Positions 1-9,898 of a stretch of 64,000 nucleotides of DNA are shown here, in pieces; the stretch's first letter is position 1, and each line of letters opens with the position of its first letter. Below the pieces are notes generated by a model. That model was not told where the DNA came from. It did no database searches and saw nothing but the letters and a program-made list of their open reading frames with translations. The DNA is taken from the NCBI GenBank assembly GCA_965217865.1, contig CBDCJO010000002.1:5568001-5632000 (forward strand). The letters are read 5' to 3'. A program made the position numbers and the translations under genes. The DNA is from Candidatus Latescibacterota bacterium. GTDB lineage: Bacteria; Latescibacterota; UBA2968; SICM01.

Positions 1-651
1 TCCCCGACGGACATCGGGGCCATATCTTATTGCCGGGATGCCCAACCCCCAAACCTCGAAAACATCGTTGACGTCGTCTTGGCGGACGGGGTGAAGTTTG
101 ACTTCGAACGCCTCCGCAGGAATGTGTATGCCTCGTCCTCTTGCGGCATCTGTGGCAAGGCCACGATCGATGCAATCCACGCACACGCCCCCCCTATTAC
201 CGCGGATTTCACCCTTCCCCCGAAACTCCTCTATTCCCTTCCCGACCGCCTCCGCGCCGAACAAACGGTATTTGATAAGACGGGGGGACTCCACGGCGCC
301 GGTTTATTCGACCTAGACGGAAACCTGATCGTCCTGAAAGAGGATGTAGGACGCCACAACGCCGTGGATAAGGTCATCGGCCATCTCCTGATAGCAGAAA
401 GGCTCCCCGCCGGGATATCCATCCTGATGGTCAGCGGACGGGCGGGATTCGAGATTTTACAAAAGGCCCTGGTGGCCCGTGTACCCGTGGTCTCTGCGGT
501 TTCCGCCCCATCCTCCCTGGCAGTCGAACTCGCGGCCAAATCGAACATGACCCTTGTGGGTTTCCTTCGGGGGGATCGGCTCAACGTCTACACAGGCTCC
601 CATCGGATCCGGCTCGATCCTCCCGATCCTCCCAAATTTCCCGCACGGTGA
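1..651 (+). CDS. fdhD: Formate dehydrogenase accessory sulfurtransferase FdhD (5' truncated by window edge)
   Basis: SSCGICG, TGGLHGA, EDVGRHNAVDK and SAPSSLAV motifs; frame is open back to position 1. Confidence 0.93.
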   Translation, partial: SPTDIGAISYCRDAQPPNLENIVDVVLADGVKFDFERLRRNVYASSSCGICGKATIDAIHAHAPPITADFTLPPKLLYSLPDRLRAEQTVFDKTGGLHGAGLFDLDGNLIVLKEDVGRHNAVDKVIGHLLIAERLPAGISILMVSGRAGFEILQKALVARVPVVSAVSAPSSLAVELAAKSNMTLVGFLRGDRLNVYTGSHRIRLDPPDPPKFPAR

Positions 652-814
652 GAGGAGGAAGGACAAAATACGTATGGCGGTTTGGAAATGTGGAAGTAAA
701 TAAAACGACGCATTCGTCAATATGTTCTCACTTCTATACTTCCATACTTATCTCCCTCCTCAACACCTTCTTCGCTCTCCCCATACTCCCATACGTCCCC
801 TGCTTCCATGGCAT

Positions 815-842
815 AAAAAAAACCGATGGACTTCGCATCGGC
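815..842 (-). terminator. Intrinsic terminator after rpoN
   Basis: Stem CCGATG (823-828)/CATCGG (836-841) followed on the minus strand by a T8 run (A815-822). Confidence 0.7.
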
Positions 843-874
843 ATTTCCGTCTTTTCCCCAATATGCCAAATCGA

Positions 875-2392
875 TCAAGAGAACGGGCGCTTTCTATACC
901 GCGTCGGGCTGATCTTGAGCTGATCTCGATATTTCGCTACGGTCCTACGGGCAATGTCAATACCCTCCGATTTCAGGATTTCCGCGATCTTCTGATCGCT
1001 TAATGGAGCCTTAGGGTTCTCTTCCGCGATCATCTTTGCGATCTTCCCTTTCACGGTCTTGGTTGAAATTTCCCCGCCTTCTTCCGTTGATAGCTTTCCG
1101 TCGAAGAAATACTTCAACTCGAACACCCCGTGCCGTGTCTGTACATACTTCCCGTTGATCACTCGGCTGATTGTCGAGATGTGCATCTCGACCTTATCAG
1201 CCACCTCCTGGAGGACCATCGGACGAAGGTGGCCCGGCCCTTCGTCGAAAAACTCTTTCTGATTCTGAACGATGCGCCGCATCACCTTGAGCATCGTGCC
1301 CCGGCGTTGATCGATTGCGTTAATCAACCAGCGGGCTGAGTTAAGCTTGGTCAATACATATTTTTTTGCCTCTCCGCCTTCCCTTTCAGATTGATTGAGC
1401 AGAAACTTATAGAGGGGATTCACCCGCAGGGTCGGAACCTTCCGGTCGTTCAGGAAAACGAGATATTGGCCGTCCACCTTTTCGACTTGCAAGTCCGGAT
1501 AGACCAGATTTTCATTGATCCTCGGTTCAGGCGAAAACCCAGGTTTTGGGTTCAGGGATTCGATAATCTTCGAGGCGGAATTGATCTCCTCCTTGGTAAT
1601 GTTGAGGGATCGACATATTCGACTATATCGCCGGTTAATCATATCGTCAAGATAGTTCCGCACAATCGTCATGGGGACCGAATCTCCCATGCCCCGATCT
1701 CGAAGCTGGATCATCAGACATTCGCGCAGATTCCGGGCGGCTATACCGGACGGTTCGAACGATTGAATCGTCGCAAGGATGCGTTCAACCTCGTCCACAG
1801 AGATGCCGATCACGTCAGCGATCTCGGCGGATGAAAGGGTTAGAAAACCATCATCGTCCAGGTTCCCAATAATATATTCCGCAACTTCCCAGTCGGCTTC
1901 CGTCAGGTCGGTAAATTGCAGCTGCTCACGGAGGAGATCCAGCATCGATGGGCGATTCGCCTCGCTGTTCTCCCAGGATTCCGCGTTGGGATCAAATTCT
2001 TCACGGTGCGAGTTATAGCCACCGGCGGCTTCGTTCAGGTAATCTCTCCAGTCGTCGGCGTCCAAGGATCCGTCGACATCCCCGGCCGCTAGATTCGAAT
2101 CCACGGGTTCGTCCGGGACCTGATCGGGCACCTCCGGGGGGTCGGGGACCTCAGATGCTTCGGACGTTGGCTCGGCGTCAAGGTTCTCATCTCCGGCCGA
2201 GTCATCCTGCGACTTCTCCTGATCCTGGGATAACTCTTCTTCAGACAACTCCTCCAGCAGAGGATTGGTCTCCAATTCCTGCTGGATGGCCTGTTCCAGC
2301 TCAATCGTCGGCATTTGAAGAAGGCGCAAAGAATGGATGAGCTGCGGAGCCATCTTCTGCTGCAATGAAACTTGCTGGGTCAATCGAAGCAT
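875..2392 (-). CDS. rpoN: RNA polymerase sigma-54 factor
   Basis: N-terminal Q/L-rich region I, MHISTISRV helix-turn-helix, RpoN box ARRTVAKYR. Confidence 0.97.
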   Translation of the reverse strand: MLRLTQQVSLQQKMAPQLIHSLRLLQMPTIELEQAIQQELETNPLLEELSEEELSQDQEKSQDDSAGDENLDAEPTSEASEVPDPPEVPDQVPDEPVDSNLAAGDVDGSLDADDWRDYLNEAAGGYNSHREEFDPNAESWENSEANRPSMLDLLREQLQFTDLTEADWEVAEYIIGNLDDDGFLTLSSAEIADVIGISVDEVERILATIQSFEPSGIAARNLRECLMIQLRDRGMGDSVPMTIVRNYLDDMINRRYSRICRSLNITKEEINSASKIIESLNPKPGFSPEPRINENLVYPDLQVEKVDGQYLVFLNDRKVPTLRVNPLYKFLLNQSEREGGEAKKYVLTKLNSARWLINAIDQRRGTMLKVMRRIVQNQKEFFDEGPGHLRPMVLQEVADKVEMHISTISRVINGKYVQTRHGVFELKYFFDGKLSTEEGGEISTKTVKGKIAKMIAEENPKAPLSDQKIAEILKSEGIDIARRTVAKYRDQLKISPTRYRKRPFS

Positions 2393-2556
2393 TGGACCCT
2401 TTCAGAGGGACAATCTGTTCTCCCAGGATTCCAAGATAACCGTTAATAAAAACTTACAGCATGCCCTCCCCCGGCACAACTGTTTTTTTTCCTCCTGCGG
2501 AGGATGCTCCGCCCTCTTTTCGATCCCCGAACCACGAATCACGATCCCCGGGTTCT

Positions 2557-3276
2557 TTACATCCGGAAACCCTCGCCCAGATAAATCCTCCGGACCTCAG
2601 GATCATCAGAAAGGTCCCGGGCGGTACCGGACATACGAAGTTCCCCTTCAAAAATGATGTAAACCCGGTCCGAGATCGTCAATGTCTCCCGTGCACGGTG
2701 ATCGGTGATGAGAAGCCCGATACCACTAGAGCGCAGCTTATCGATAATGCCTTGAATGTCCTCTACCGTTTTGGGGTCAACACCCGAGAACGGTTCATCG
2801 AGAAGCATGAACTTCGGATCTACCGCAAGTGCTCTTGCAATCTCAACTCGCCGGGTTTCCCCCCCCGAAAGGGTGTCTGCCTGTTGTCGAGCCAGATGGA
2901 TGATCCCCAGTTCCTCAAGAAGATGATCCGTGCGTTCCCGCTGGAGGCTTCGTGTCAGCCCTCTCGCTTCAAGGACGGCCCGGACGTTCTCACTCACCGT
3001 CAGTTTCCTGAAAACCGATGGTTCCTGTGAAAGATATCCGATCCCAGAACAAGCCCGCTTGAACATTGGCATGGATGTTACATCCAGATCATCTAGATGA
3101 ATGGTTCCTCCGGTGGGCTTGACCAGACCAACGATCATATGAAAAGTTGTGGTTTTACCGGCCCCGTTTGGACCTAGAAGTCCAACCACTTCGCCGGGTT
3201 GAACATCGACGCCCACCTGATTGACCACCCGGCGTTTGCCATAGTCCTTGATCAATCCCTCAGCAGAGAGTGACAA
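2557..3276 (-). CDS. lptB: LPS export ABC transporter ATP-binding protein
   Basis: GPNGAGKTT, LSGGE signature, LLDEPFSGVDP, C-terminal YLGEGFRM; sits directly upstream of rpoN. Confidence 0.95.
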   Translation of the reverse strand: MSLSAEGLIKDYGKRRVVNQVGVDVQPGEVVGLLGPNGAGKTTTFHMIVGLVKPTGGTIHLDDLDVTSMPMFKRACSGIGYLSQEPSVFRKLTVSENVRAVLEARGLTRSLQRERTDHLLEELGIIHLARQQADTLSGGETRRVEIARALAVDPKFMLLDEPFSGVDPKTVEDIQGIIDKLRSSGIGLLITDHRARETLTISDRVYIIFEGELRMSGTARDLSDDPEVRRIYLGEGFRM

Positions 3277-3419
3277 AACCCTCTATTTCCTTCCCTGAAA
3301 TTGAATTTAGATTACGAAAGTGTCTGAAATGTATGGGGATTAGATAGTTTGGGGGCATGGAAGGTAATTCTTCTCCGGACATCCGTACATTTCCACGTTT
3401 CCACAACCCCCTCTTCTCC

Positions 3420-4742
3420 TCATTTTTCCGGTTCATCACGCCCACGGCTTTTCTTCTCGCCTTCCGTCATCCAGTAGGATCCCACCACAGCCCCCTCGAC
3501 AACAGCCCGTTGAAGGGCTCCGTCCTCCATGGCCAAACGGATATGATCCCCCGACAACCGATTTTTTCCCCCCCGCTCCTTGTCCGGAGGGTGAGCCGGA
3601 AGGTATTCACATATCGCGTGTCCTTGCAGGATTACCTTTCCAATCCGATCTTTCTCGAATTTAATTTCGATTCTGTCCGCTCCAAGTTTCGTAATTTCGG
3701 ACCTATCCCCCGAGGTGTGAATTCCATGACCTTTCCCTTCACCGATGACCCCTTGGACTCGATTCCCGTAGAAGGCCAGTAAAATATCCTCTGCTTCGAG
3801 TTCGATCTTGGAACTGTCTACCCCGCGAAACGCCGTCCTGGCAGTCCCTTTTGAATCCGCACCAAGAAGCGAACCCTCCTGGACTTCGACTAAAATCGTA
3901 TCGCCTTCCAACATGCTCCATTCCTTATGCTTTCCCGTTACATTGTAGCGGTTCTGTAGGACCTTCCCCCTTCCAACCGCCTTAATGAATCCCACCCGAT
4001 TACCCCTCAGTTTGAGCTCCACCCAATCCCCGAAAACCTCGGTGGTATCGATGGAATCCGATTCCCGGCTAAATCGTCTAATAATGGGATCCCCGCTCAA
4101 GGTAACAACGGTGGTATCCGCAAAAACTTTCTGGCAGGTCGCGTAGAATGGACCGATCTCCACCACAACCTCTCCTTCGCTCTCAATCCCTTCTCCGCGG
4201 CCGGAAAAGCGGATCACCTTTCCTGAGATCGTTAAGGGTTCAAAAACCGACCGCGTCAGGCGTGGTCGGCCCCGTGCAGTGCCGGAGCGCCCACCGGGTT
4301 CGATTTCAAGAGAGTCTGCAGCCAAGCGCACGCTGGACTGATCATACCAAACCGAGACACGGCCGATGGCCTCAATTCGATCCTGAAAGAAGTTAATCCT
4401 GTCCCCTTGGAGTTCCCTTCCCCCCCCGGTCAGGATCGCCCCGCCCGATGCCACAATCCTCCGATTCTTCCAACGATAACTCAAAGAATCCGCAAGGATC
4501 TTCCCCACAGGATCTACCACCTCGACGCGGTGATAGAAAAGAAGCTTTTCGGCCGTGTATTCAGCACCTCCAGAGCGAACCGTTGTGCTTTCCAGAACAG
4601 CTTGCACGCTTCCGGTATATTTCCGCCGAATAACCGACCCATCTTGTGAGGTCTCCATATGATCCGCGTGGATTTCGTATGACTCTTCCGCGGAAACCAC
4701 CTCCCCCGATAGCAGGAGGATAAAAATTGCAAACCTATTCAA
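3420..4742 (-). CDS. Long OstA/LptA-like beta-jellyroll LPS transport periplasmic protein
   Basis: Signal peptide, repeated beta-rich units (GD-x-I, A-x-G), located between lptC and lptB. Confidence 0.7.
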   Translation of the reverse strand: MNRFAIFILLLSGEVVSAEESYEIHADHMETSQDGSVIRRKYTGSVQAVLESTTVRSGGAEYTAEKLLFYHRVEVVDPVGKILADSLSYRWKNRRIVASGGAILTGGGRELQGDRINFFQDRIEAIGRVSVWYDQSSVRLAADSLEIEPGGRSGTARGRPRLTRSVFEPLTISGKVIRFSGRGEGIESEGEVVVEIGPFYATCQKVFADTTVVTLSGDPIIRRFSRESDSIDTTEVFGDWVELKLRGNRVGFIKAVGRGKVLQNRYNVTGKHKEWSMLEGDTILVEVQEGSLLGADSKGTARTAFRGVDSSKIELEAEDILLAFYGNRVQGVIGEGKGHGIHTSGDRSEITKLGADRIEIKFEKDRIGKVILQGHAICEYLPAHPPDKERGGKNRLSGDHIRLAMEDGALQRAVVEGAVVGSYWMTEGEKKSRGRDEPEK

Positions 4743-4794
4743 AAAGCATCCTCACGGGTTAAGAAAGGGCATCATCCTGGACCTATATCACGGT

Positions 4795-5325
4795 TCATCG
4801 TTTCTTCTTTGTGGTCACGTTCCGCATAGACCAATTCTTCAGATCCGGTGTGGACTCAAAACCGATTCCGGTCTCAATACCCTCCGGATTTTGAATGATG
4901 ACAGCCCCATCTCCATATATTCGATCCTTATTGTTATCCCAACGGAGGGACTGAGTCTTCAGAATGGTGCTGTCAGAGGTCGTAACGACTACGTCGCCAA
5001 GGGCCTCCATACTCCTGTCCAGATGTTTAAAGGCGCCCTTGCTCGACCGCAAGACAGAAGCCTGTTCCCCTGAAGGATCGAAAAACGAGACTTCCACACC
5101 CTGATCCAGACTGTCCACTCTTGACGCACCGTAGTTCCGGTATCGGGCAGCCCGGAGGACTGCCCTTCGGATTCCGGACTTCGTCACTACGCTTTCCCAC
5201 CCCCAGGCCACCTGCTCGGGTTTTAAACCCTCACCTTGTTTTTCGCTTTTGGGTTTCTCTTCGATGTTGGTACAAGAAATCCCGATAGATATACACGCGA
5301 CCAGGAAGACCCTATTCCTTTCCAT
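4795..5325 (-). CDS. lptC: LPS export periplasmic protein LptC
   Basis: N-terminal anchor/lipobox-like ISC, GDVVV...LKTQSLRW...G.GFES pattern; synteny with lptA-lptB. Confidence 0.85.
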   Translation of the reverse strand: MERNRVFLVACISIGISCTNIEEKPKSEKQGEGLKPEQVAWGWESVVTKSGIRRAVLRAARYRNYGASRVDSLDQGVEVSFFDPSGEQASVLRSSKGAFKHLDRSMEALGDVVVTTSDSTILKTQSLRWDNNKDRIYGDGAVIIQNPEGIETGIGFESTPDLKNWSMRNVTTKKKR

Positions 5326-7057
5326 TTTGGACCAAGGCTTTGATAAATCCGTAAAAAACAGGTGAGGGTTTTTCGAGACACGACTTAAATTCTGGATGAG
5401 CTTGGGTTGCTACAAAGAAGGGATGGCCCGGGAGCTCGATAAATTCCATCAACTTTACCCCGTCATATCGCCGGTGGAAGCCGGAAAATACCAACCCGTG
5501 CTCTTCGAGCAAATCAACGTACTTGGGCGATACCTCGTATCGGTGACGGTGCCGCTCTAGAACAGCCCGTTCGGACTTCAGGATAACCCCTGCTCGAAAG
5601 GCTTGTTCCTCGACCTTCATGAGGTTCTCGATCCTTAATTTATCCTCGTCGAGACGTCCTGTCTCCTTGTAAACCTCGAGTATTCGACTTTTCTTTTTTA
5701 AGATCGCCGCATAAGCTCCCAACCGCATCGTTCCACCGTATTGATGTTTCTGGATGACGTCCCTTTGGGACGGTTGAATCTCAATGACCTGGTAAAGCGC
5801 ACCCGGATCGATCTCCGTGGAGGTCGCCTCCTCCAAACCGCCGAGATTCCGAGCATACTCCACGACCGCCATCTGAAGTCCAAAACAGAGACCCAGGAAT
5901 GGAACCCCCCGTTCTCTCGTGTACCGGATCGCCTCGATCACCCCTTCTGAGCCGCCGACCCCGAAAGCTCCAGGTACGATCACCCCATCGAACCCACTCA
6001 AGACCGACTCGGCATCGGCGTTTTCCAGACGACGTGAATCGATCCACGTGATTGAAACGCCAGTGTCGAAAGCAGCACCGGCGTGTTCCAACGACTGATT
6101 GACGGAAATATAGGAGTCGGTCAAGCGATAATCCCCGATCTCTACATATTTTCCCACCATCGCCACTTTGACCGACCTCGAAGGACACGTGATTCGGTCC
6201 ACAAGCCCTTTCCACGCGTTCCAATCCGGCTCTTGGCGATAAGGCAGTCCCAACCTCTGTAGAAGTTTTTCTCCTAGTCCTTCCTTTTCTAGATTCAGGG
6301 GGATGCGGTAGATCGTATCCACGTCCGGGGCTGATATAACGAATTCCGCCGAGATGTTGGCAAAGGTCTCGATCTTTTTCTTTCGGATCTGGTCGAGCGA
6401 ACCCTTTGCCCTGCAAAGGATGATATCGGGAAAAATCCCTGTCTCGCTGAGTTGTTTGATTGCCTGTTGCGTCGGCTTCGTCTTCATTTCTTCGATATGC
6501 CCGGGCACGGGCAGATAGGTGACCAAAACGTGAACGACATTCTCCTCACCGACTTCTCGTTCCAAGCTCTTCATTGCAAAAAAGAACGGGAGGTTTTCAT
6601 AGTCCCCGACGGTTCCTCCCACCTCCACCAGAACGACTTCAAAACCCTTCGCTGAATCGGTCACTCGTCTCTTGATCTCATCGGTGATATGTGGAATCGG
6701 TTGGACGGTTTGTCCGAGGTATTCACCCCTCCGCTCCCTTTCGATAACCGAGTGATAAATCTGGCCTGTCGTCAGATTGTTCTGTCTGGGAAGATCAAGG
6801 CCGAGAAACCGTTCGTAGTTACCCAGATCTTGATCGATCTCCCCTCCATCGTCGGTCACCCATACCTCCCCGTGTTCCGTGGGCCTCAGAGTCCCGGCGT
6901 CGTAATTAAGGTAAGGATCGATCTTGATGGCCGTGGTCCGGTAACCATGTTCCTGAAGAATTTTTCCGATCGATGCCGCTGCAAGCCCCTTTCCAACACC
7001 GCTCATAACTCCGCCCGCCACGACGATGAACTTGGGGCCATCGTATTCGCGTTTCAC
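5312..7057 (-). CDS. pyrG: CTP synthase
   Basis: GGVMSGVGKG, KIDPYLN, KTKPTQ, GATase GLCFG and HPEF motifs. Confidence 0.97.
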   Translation of the reverse strand: MKREYDGPKFIVVAGGVMSGVGKGLAAASIGKILQEHGYRTTAIKIDPYLNYDAGTLRPTEHGEVWVTDDGGEIDQDLGNYERFLGLDLPRQNNLTTGQIYHSVIERERRGEYLGQTVQPIPHITDEIKRRVTDSAKGFEVVLVEVGGTVGDYENLPFFFAMKSLEREVGEENVVHVLVTYLPVPGHIEEMKTKPTQQAIKQLSETGIFPDIILCRAKGSLDQIRKKKIETFANISAEFVISAPDVDTIYRIPLNLEKEGLGEKLLQRLGLPYRQEPDWNAWKGLVDRITCPSRSVKVAMVGKYVEIGDYRLTDSYISVNQSLEHAGAAFDTGVSITWIDSRRLENADAESVLSGFDGVIVPGAFGVGGSEGVIEAIRYTRERGVPFLGLCFGLQMAVVEYARNLGGLEEATSTEIDPGALYQVIEIQPSQRDVIQKHQYGGTMRLGAYAAILKKKSRILEVYKETGRLDEDKLRIENLMKVEEQAFRAGVILKSERAVLERHRHRYEVSPKYVDLLEEHGLVFSGFHRRYDGVKLMEFIELPGHPFFVATQAHPEFKSCLEKPSPVFYGFIKALVQNGKE

Positions 7058-7234
7058 TTATGCGCCTCCCTGAGATCGGACTATCATTCACATCTTAATC
7101 ACAAGAGATCCCTATCCGTGTTAGATACACGGTAAATTAAATTGTGACCCACGAGATGCCACCCCCGGCTCTCCCGTCGACCGTCTTTTTGATCCATATG
7201 AGAACGGCGGTGATTCAGACACCACCGCCGTTTC

Positions 7235-7522
7235 TTATTCGATGACCTTGGGCACCCGGAAGTATCCTCGCCACTTGCTTGGCGCATTGGCGAGGAGTTC
7301 GTCCCTGGAAAGCGACGGAACCAGGACGTCCTCTCTAAATACGTTGCTGATCGGCAGGACGTGGGATGTTGGGGGAACCCCCTCCGTGTCGAGTTCATTC
7401 AACTTTTCCACGTAGTCCAAAATCCTGTTCAGCTCAACCACCATCCGGCCTTCCTCCTCAGGCGAAAAACTCAGCCTGGCGAGGCGGGCGACGTTCCGAA
7501 CTTCATCGAGGGTGACAGCCAT
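7235..7522 (-). CDS. gatC: Asp/Glu-tRNA amidotransferase subunit C
   Basis: MAVTLDEVRNVARLARL...LNELDTEGVPPT...YFRVPKVIE; GGAG SD before ATG at 7522. Confidence 0.93.
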   Translation of the reverse strand: MAVTLDEVRNVARLARLSFSPEEEGRMVVELNRILDYVEKLNELDTEGVPPTSHVLPISNVFREDVLVPSLSRDELLANAPSKWRGYFRVPKVIE

Positions 7523-7594
7523 TTCTCCTCCGTGACGGGGCCGATGGGATACGAACCAAAGGAACGTCACCACAATCAGAACCCAATAACAGAT

Positions 7595-9787
7595 CTATCC
7601 CGGCTCCAGACATGCGTATTTTACGATCACTTTCTTCTCAGCTCCCGTCGTGAATCGTATCGTCAACTTGGCATCCTGGCCGAATCCCGCCTTCTCCCGG
7701 ATCTGGCCCCTTCCCAATGTGGGATGAATGATCCAATTGCCCACGTTGAAAGGCAGGGAGTCCTCAAAGTCAAAGCCCTCCGGGGAGACATCGGATGGAA
7801 AAATACCCCTTCGCGCTACTATGTCATAACTCGCCCCCTCCGATCTGAAAATCCCGGAGGGCATGCGTTCGATCAAATGGGTGGGAACCTCCCCTATAAA
7901 TCGGGACGGAAGGCAATTCTCGCTACTCCCGTAACGACGTCTGTCAAGGGCATATGTCATGTATAGCCTTTCTTTCGCACGTGTGATCCCGACGTAGAAC
8001 AGCCTTCGTTCCTCTTCCAGGTCCTCAGGATCTTCCGCCATCCGGGAGACCGGAAACAGTCTCTCTTCGAGCCCGGTGATGAACACGACAGGAAACTCCA
8101 GTCCCTTGACGCTGTGGAGGGTCATTAGCGTTACCGCATCCGTCCGTTCGTCCCACTTGTCTATATCCGTCATCAGAGAAACTTCACGAAGAAATGCATC
8201 TATTGTTCCATCGTCCGCCCTCTCACTGAATTCCTCCATCGCAGACAGAAGTTCGCGAACGTTTTCGATGCGGTTCTCCGCCTCAACGCCTCCCCCCCCT
8301 TCCTCACGCAATGCTTCCAGGTAGCCGGTACGGGAGACGACAGCCTCCGCCAACCGGTGGAGGGGGATATGACCTTTCTCTTCGGTAAGGGCCATGATCA
8401 AGGAATAAAAGTTCTGTATGGCAACCAGCGGTTTACGAGCCAATTCGCTGATCTCCTCTGCACGCCCCATTGCCATCAGGATGGGGATACTTTTCAGATA
8501 CGAGAAATCCTCCACCTTCGCGAGCGACTGATTACCAATCCCCCGACGGGGAACATTCACGATTCGTCGGAAGCTGACCTTGTCCTTCGGGTTGGCAACG
8601 ACACGAAGATAGGCCAGGATGTCTTTGATTTCTTTTCGTTCATAGAAGCGTAATCCGCCCACAATCACATATGGGATTCCGGCTAATCGGAATTCGTCTT
8701 CCAACGCCCGAGATTGAGCATTCGTACGATAAAGAAGCACAAAGTCGCGTAGGTTCCTTCCATCTTTCCTCCGGGTGGTTCGAACGACGTCGACGATCTC
8801 TCTGGCCTCCTCGCGTTCGTTCGGGCATTGGATCAATTCAATTTTTTCACCACCCCCCCGATCCGTCCACAGCGTCTTCCCCTTTCTTCCCTTGTTGTTC
8901 GATATTACGGCGTTTCCAGCATCGAGAATCGTTTGCGTGGATCGGTAGTTCTGTTCAAGCCGGACAACCTTGGTATCCGGATAATCGCGCTCGAAATCCA
9001 GGATATTGCGGATGTCCGCTCCACGGAACCCGTAAATCGATTGATCGTCGTCTCCGACACAACAGATGTTGCGATGCCCGTCCGCGATCAACTTGGTCAG
9101 GAGGTATTGTGGACGGTTTGTATCCTGATACTCGTCGATCAAGACGTACTGGAATCTCTTCCGGTAACGGTCAAGAATCTCCTCGTTTCCCTCGAACATA
9201 TGGACCGGTTCCACGATCAAGTCATCGAAGTCGAGGGCATTGTTGTGCCGAAGCTCCTTTTGATATTGTACATAGACCCTGGCCACCGTCTGTTCGTAAA
9301 TATTTCCCGCGGAACGGGCGAACGCATCCGCTCCCACCATGGCATTCTTCGACCTGCTGATACGGCCAAGGACCTGACGGGGGGGATATTGCCGATCAGA
9401 GATCTCGAGGTCAGAAATGATTCTTCGAATGAGGGAACGCTGGTCTTCAGAATCGTATATGGCGAAATTTCTATCGAATTTGAGGTGGTCAGCTTCGATC
9501 CTGAGGATCCTGGCACACAGCGAGTGGAAAGTCCCGATCCACATCCCGCGGCTGGACCGTCCCAGCAAGGCTTCAACCCGGCCCTTCATCTCGCCCGCAG
9601 CCTTGTTCGTGAAGGTGAGGGCCAGGATCGACGAAGGGTTCGCCCGTTTCACCTCAATCAGATACGCAATCCGATGCACCAGAGCCCGGGTCTTGCCGGA
9701 CCCGGCTCCGGCCAGGATCAGAACCGGTCCTTTCACGGTTTCGACGACCAGACGCTGCGGGGAATTTAGTCCATCCAGGATTTTCAT
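7595..9787 (-). CDS. pcrA: ATP-dependent DNA helicase PcrA/UvrD
   Basis: AGAGSGKT, DEYQDTN, VGDDDQSIY, LEQNYRST, EERRLFYVGITRA, C-terminal Tudor-like domain. Confidence 0.95.
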   Translation of the reverse strand: MKILDGLNSPQRLVVETVKGPVLILAGAGSGKTRALVHRIAYLIEVKRANPSSILALTFTNKAAGEMKGRVEALLGRSSRGMWIGTFHSLCARILRIEADHLKFDRNFAIYDSEDQRSLIRRIISDLEISDRQYPPRQVLGRISRSKNAMVGADAFARSAGNIYEQTVARVYVQYQKELRHNNALDFDDLIVEPVHMFEGNEEILDRYRKRFQYVLIDEYQDTNRPQYLLTKLIADGHRNICCVGDDDQSIYGFRGADIRNILDFERDYPDTKVVRLEQNYRSTQTILDAGNAVISNNKGRKGKTLWTDRGGGEKIELIQCPNEREEAREIVDVVRTTRRKDGRNLRDFVLLYRTNAQSRALEDEFRLAGIPYVIVGGLRFYERKEIKDILAYLRVVANPKDKVSFRRIVNVPRRGIGNQSLAKVEDFSYLKSIPILMAMGRAEEISELARKPLVAIQNFYSLIMALTEEKGHIPLHRLAEAVVSRTGYLEALREEGGGGVEAENRIENVRELLSAMEEFSERADDGTIDAFLREVSLMTDIDKWDERTDAVTLMTLHSVKGLEFPVVFITGLEERLFPVSRMAEDPEDLEEERRLFYVGITRAKERLYMTYALDRRRYGSSENCLPSRFIGEVPTHLIERMPSGIFRSEGASYDIVARRGIFPSDVSPEGFDFEDSLPFNVGNWIIHPTLGRGQIREKAGFGQDAKLTIRFTTGAEKKVIVKYACLEPG

Positions 9788-9898
9788 GGCCGGAATTCCA
9801 ATTTTTTCAAAGGGAGGCTAGGATGACCGAACTCGATATCTGACGTATAACGATTCCCCTCGGCGGATCATTCTTCCTTCCCGTTGATTCCGTATCCG

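Noticed and set aside
8671-9821. Several long plus-strand ORFs (up to 313 aa)
   Set aside because: Antisense to the well-conserved pcrA
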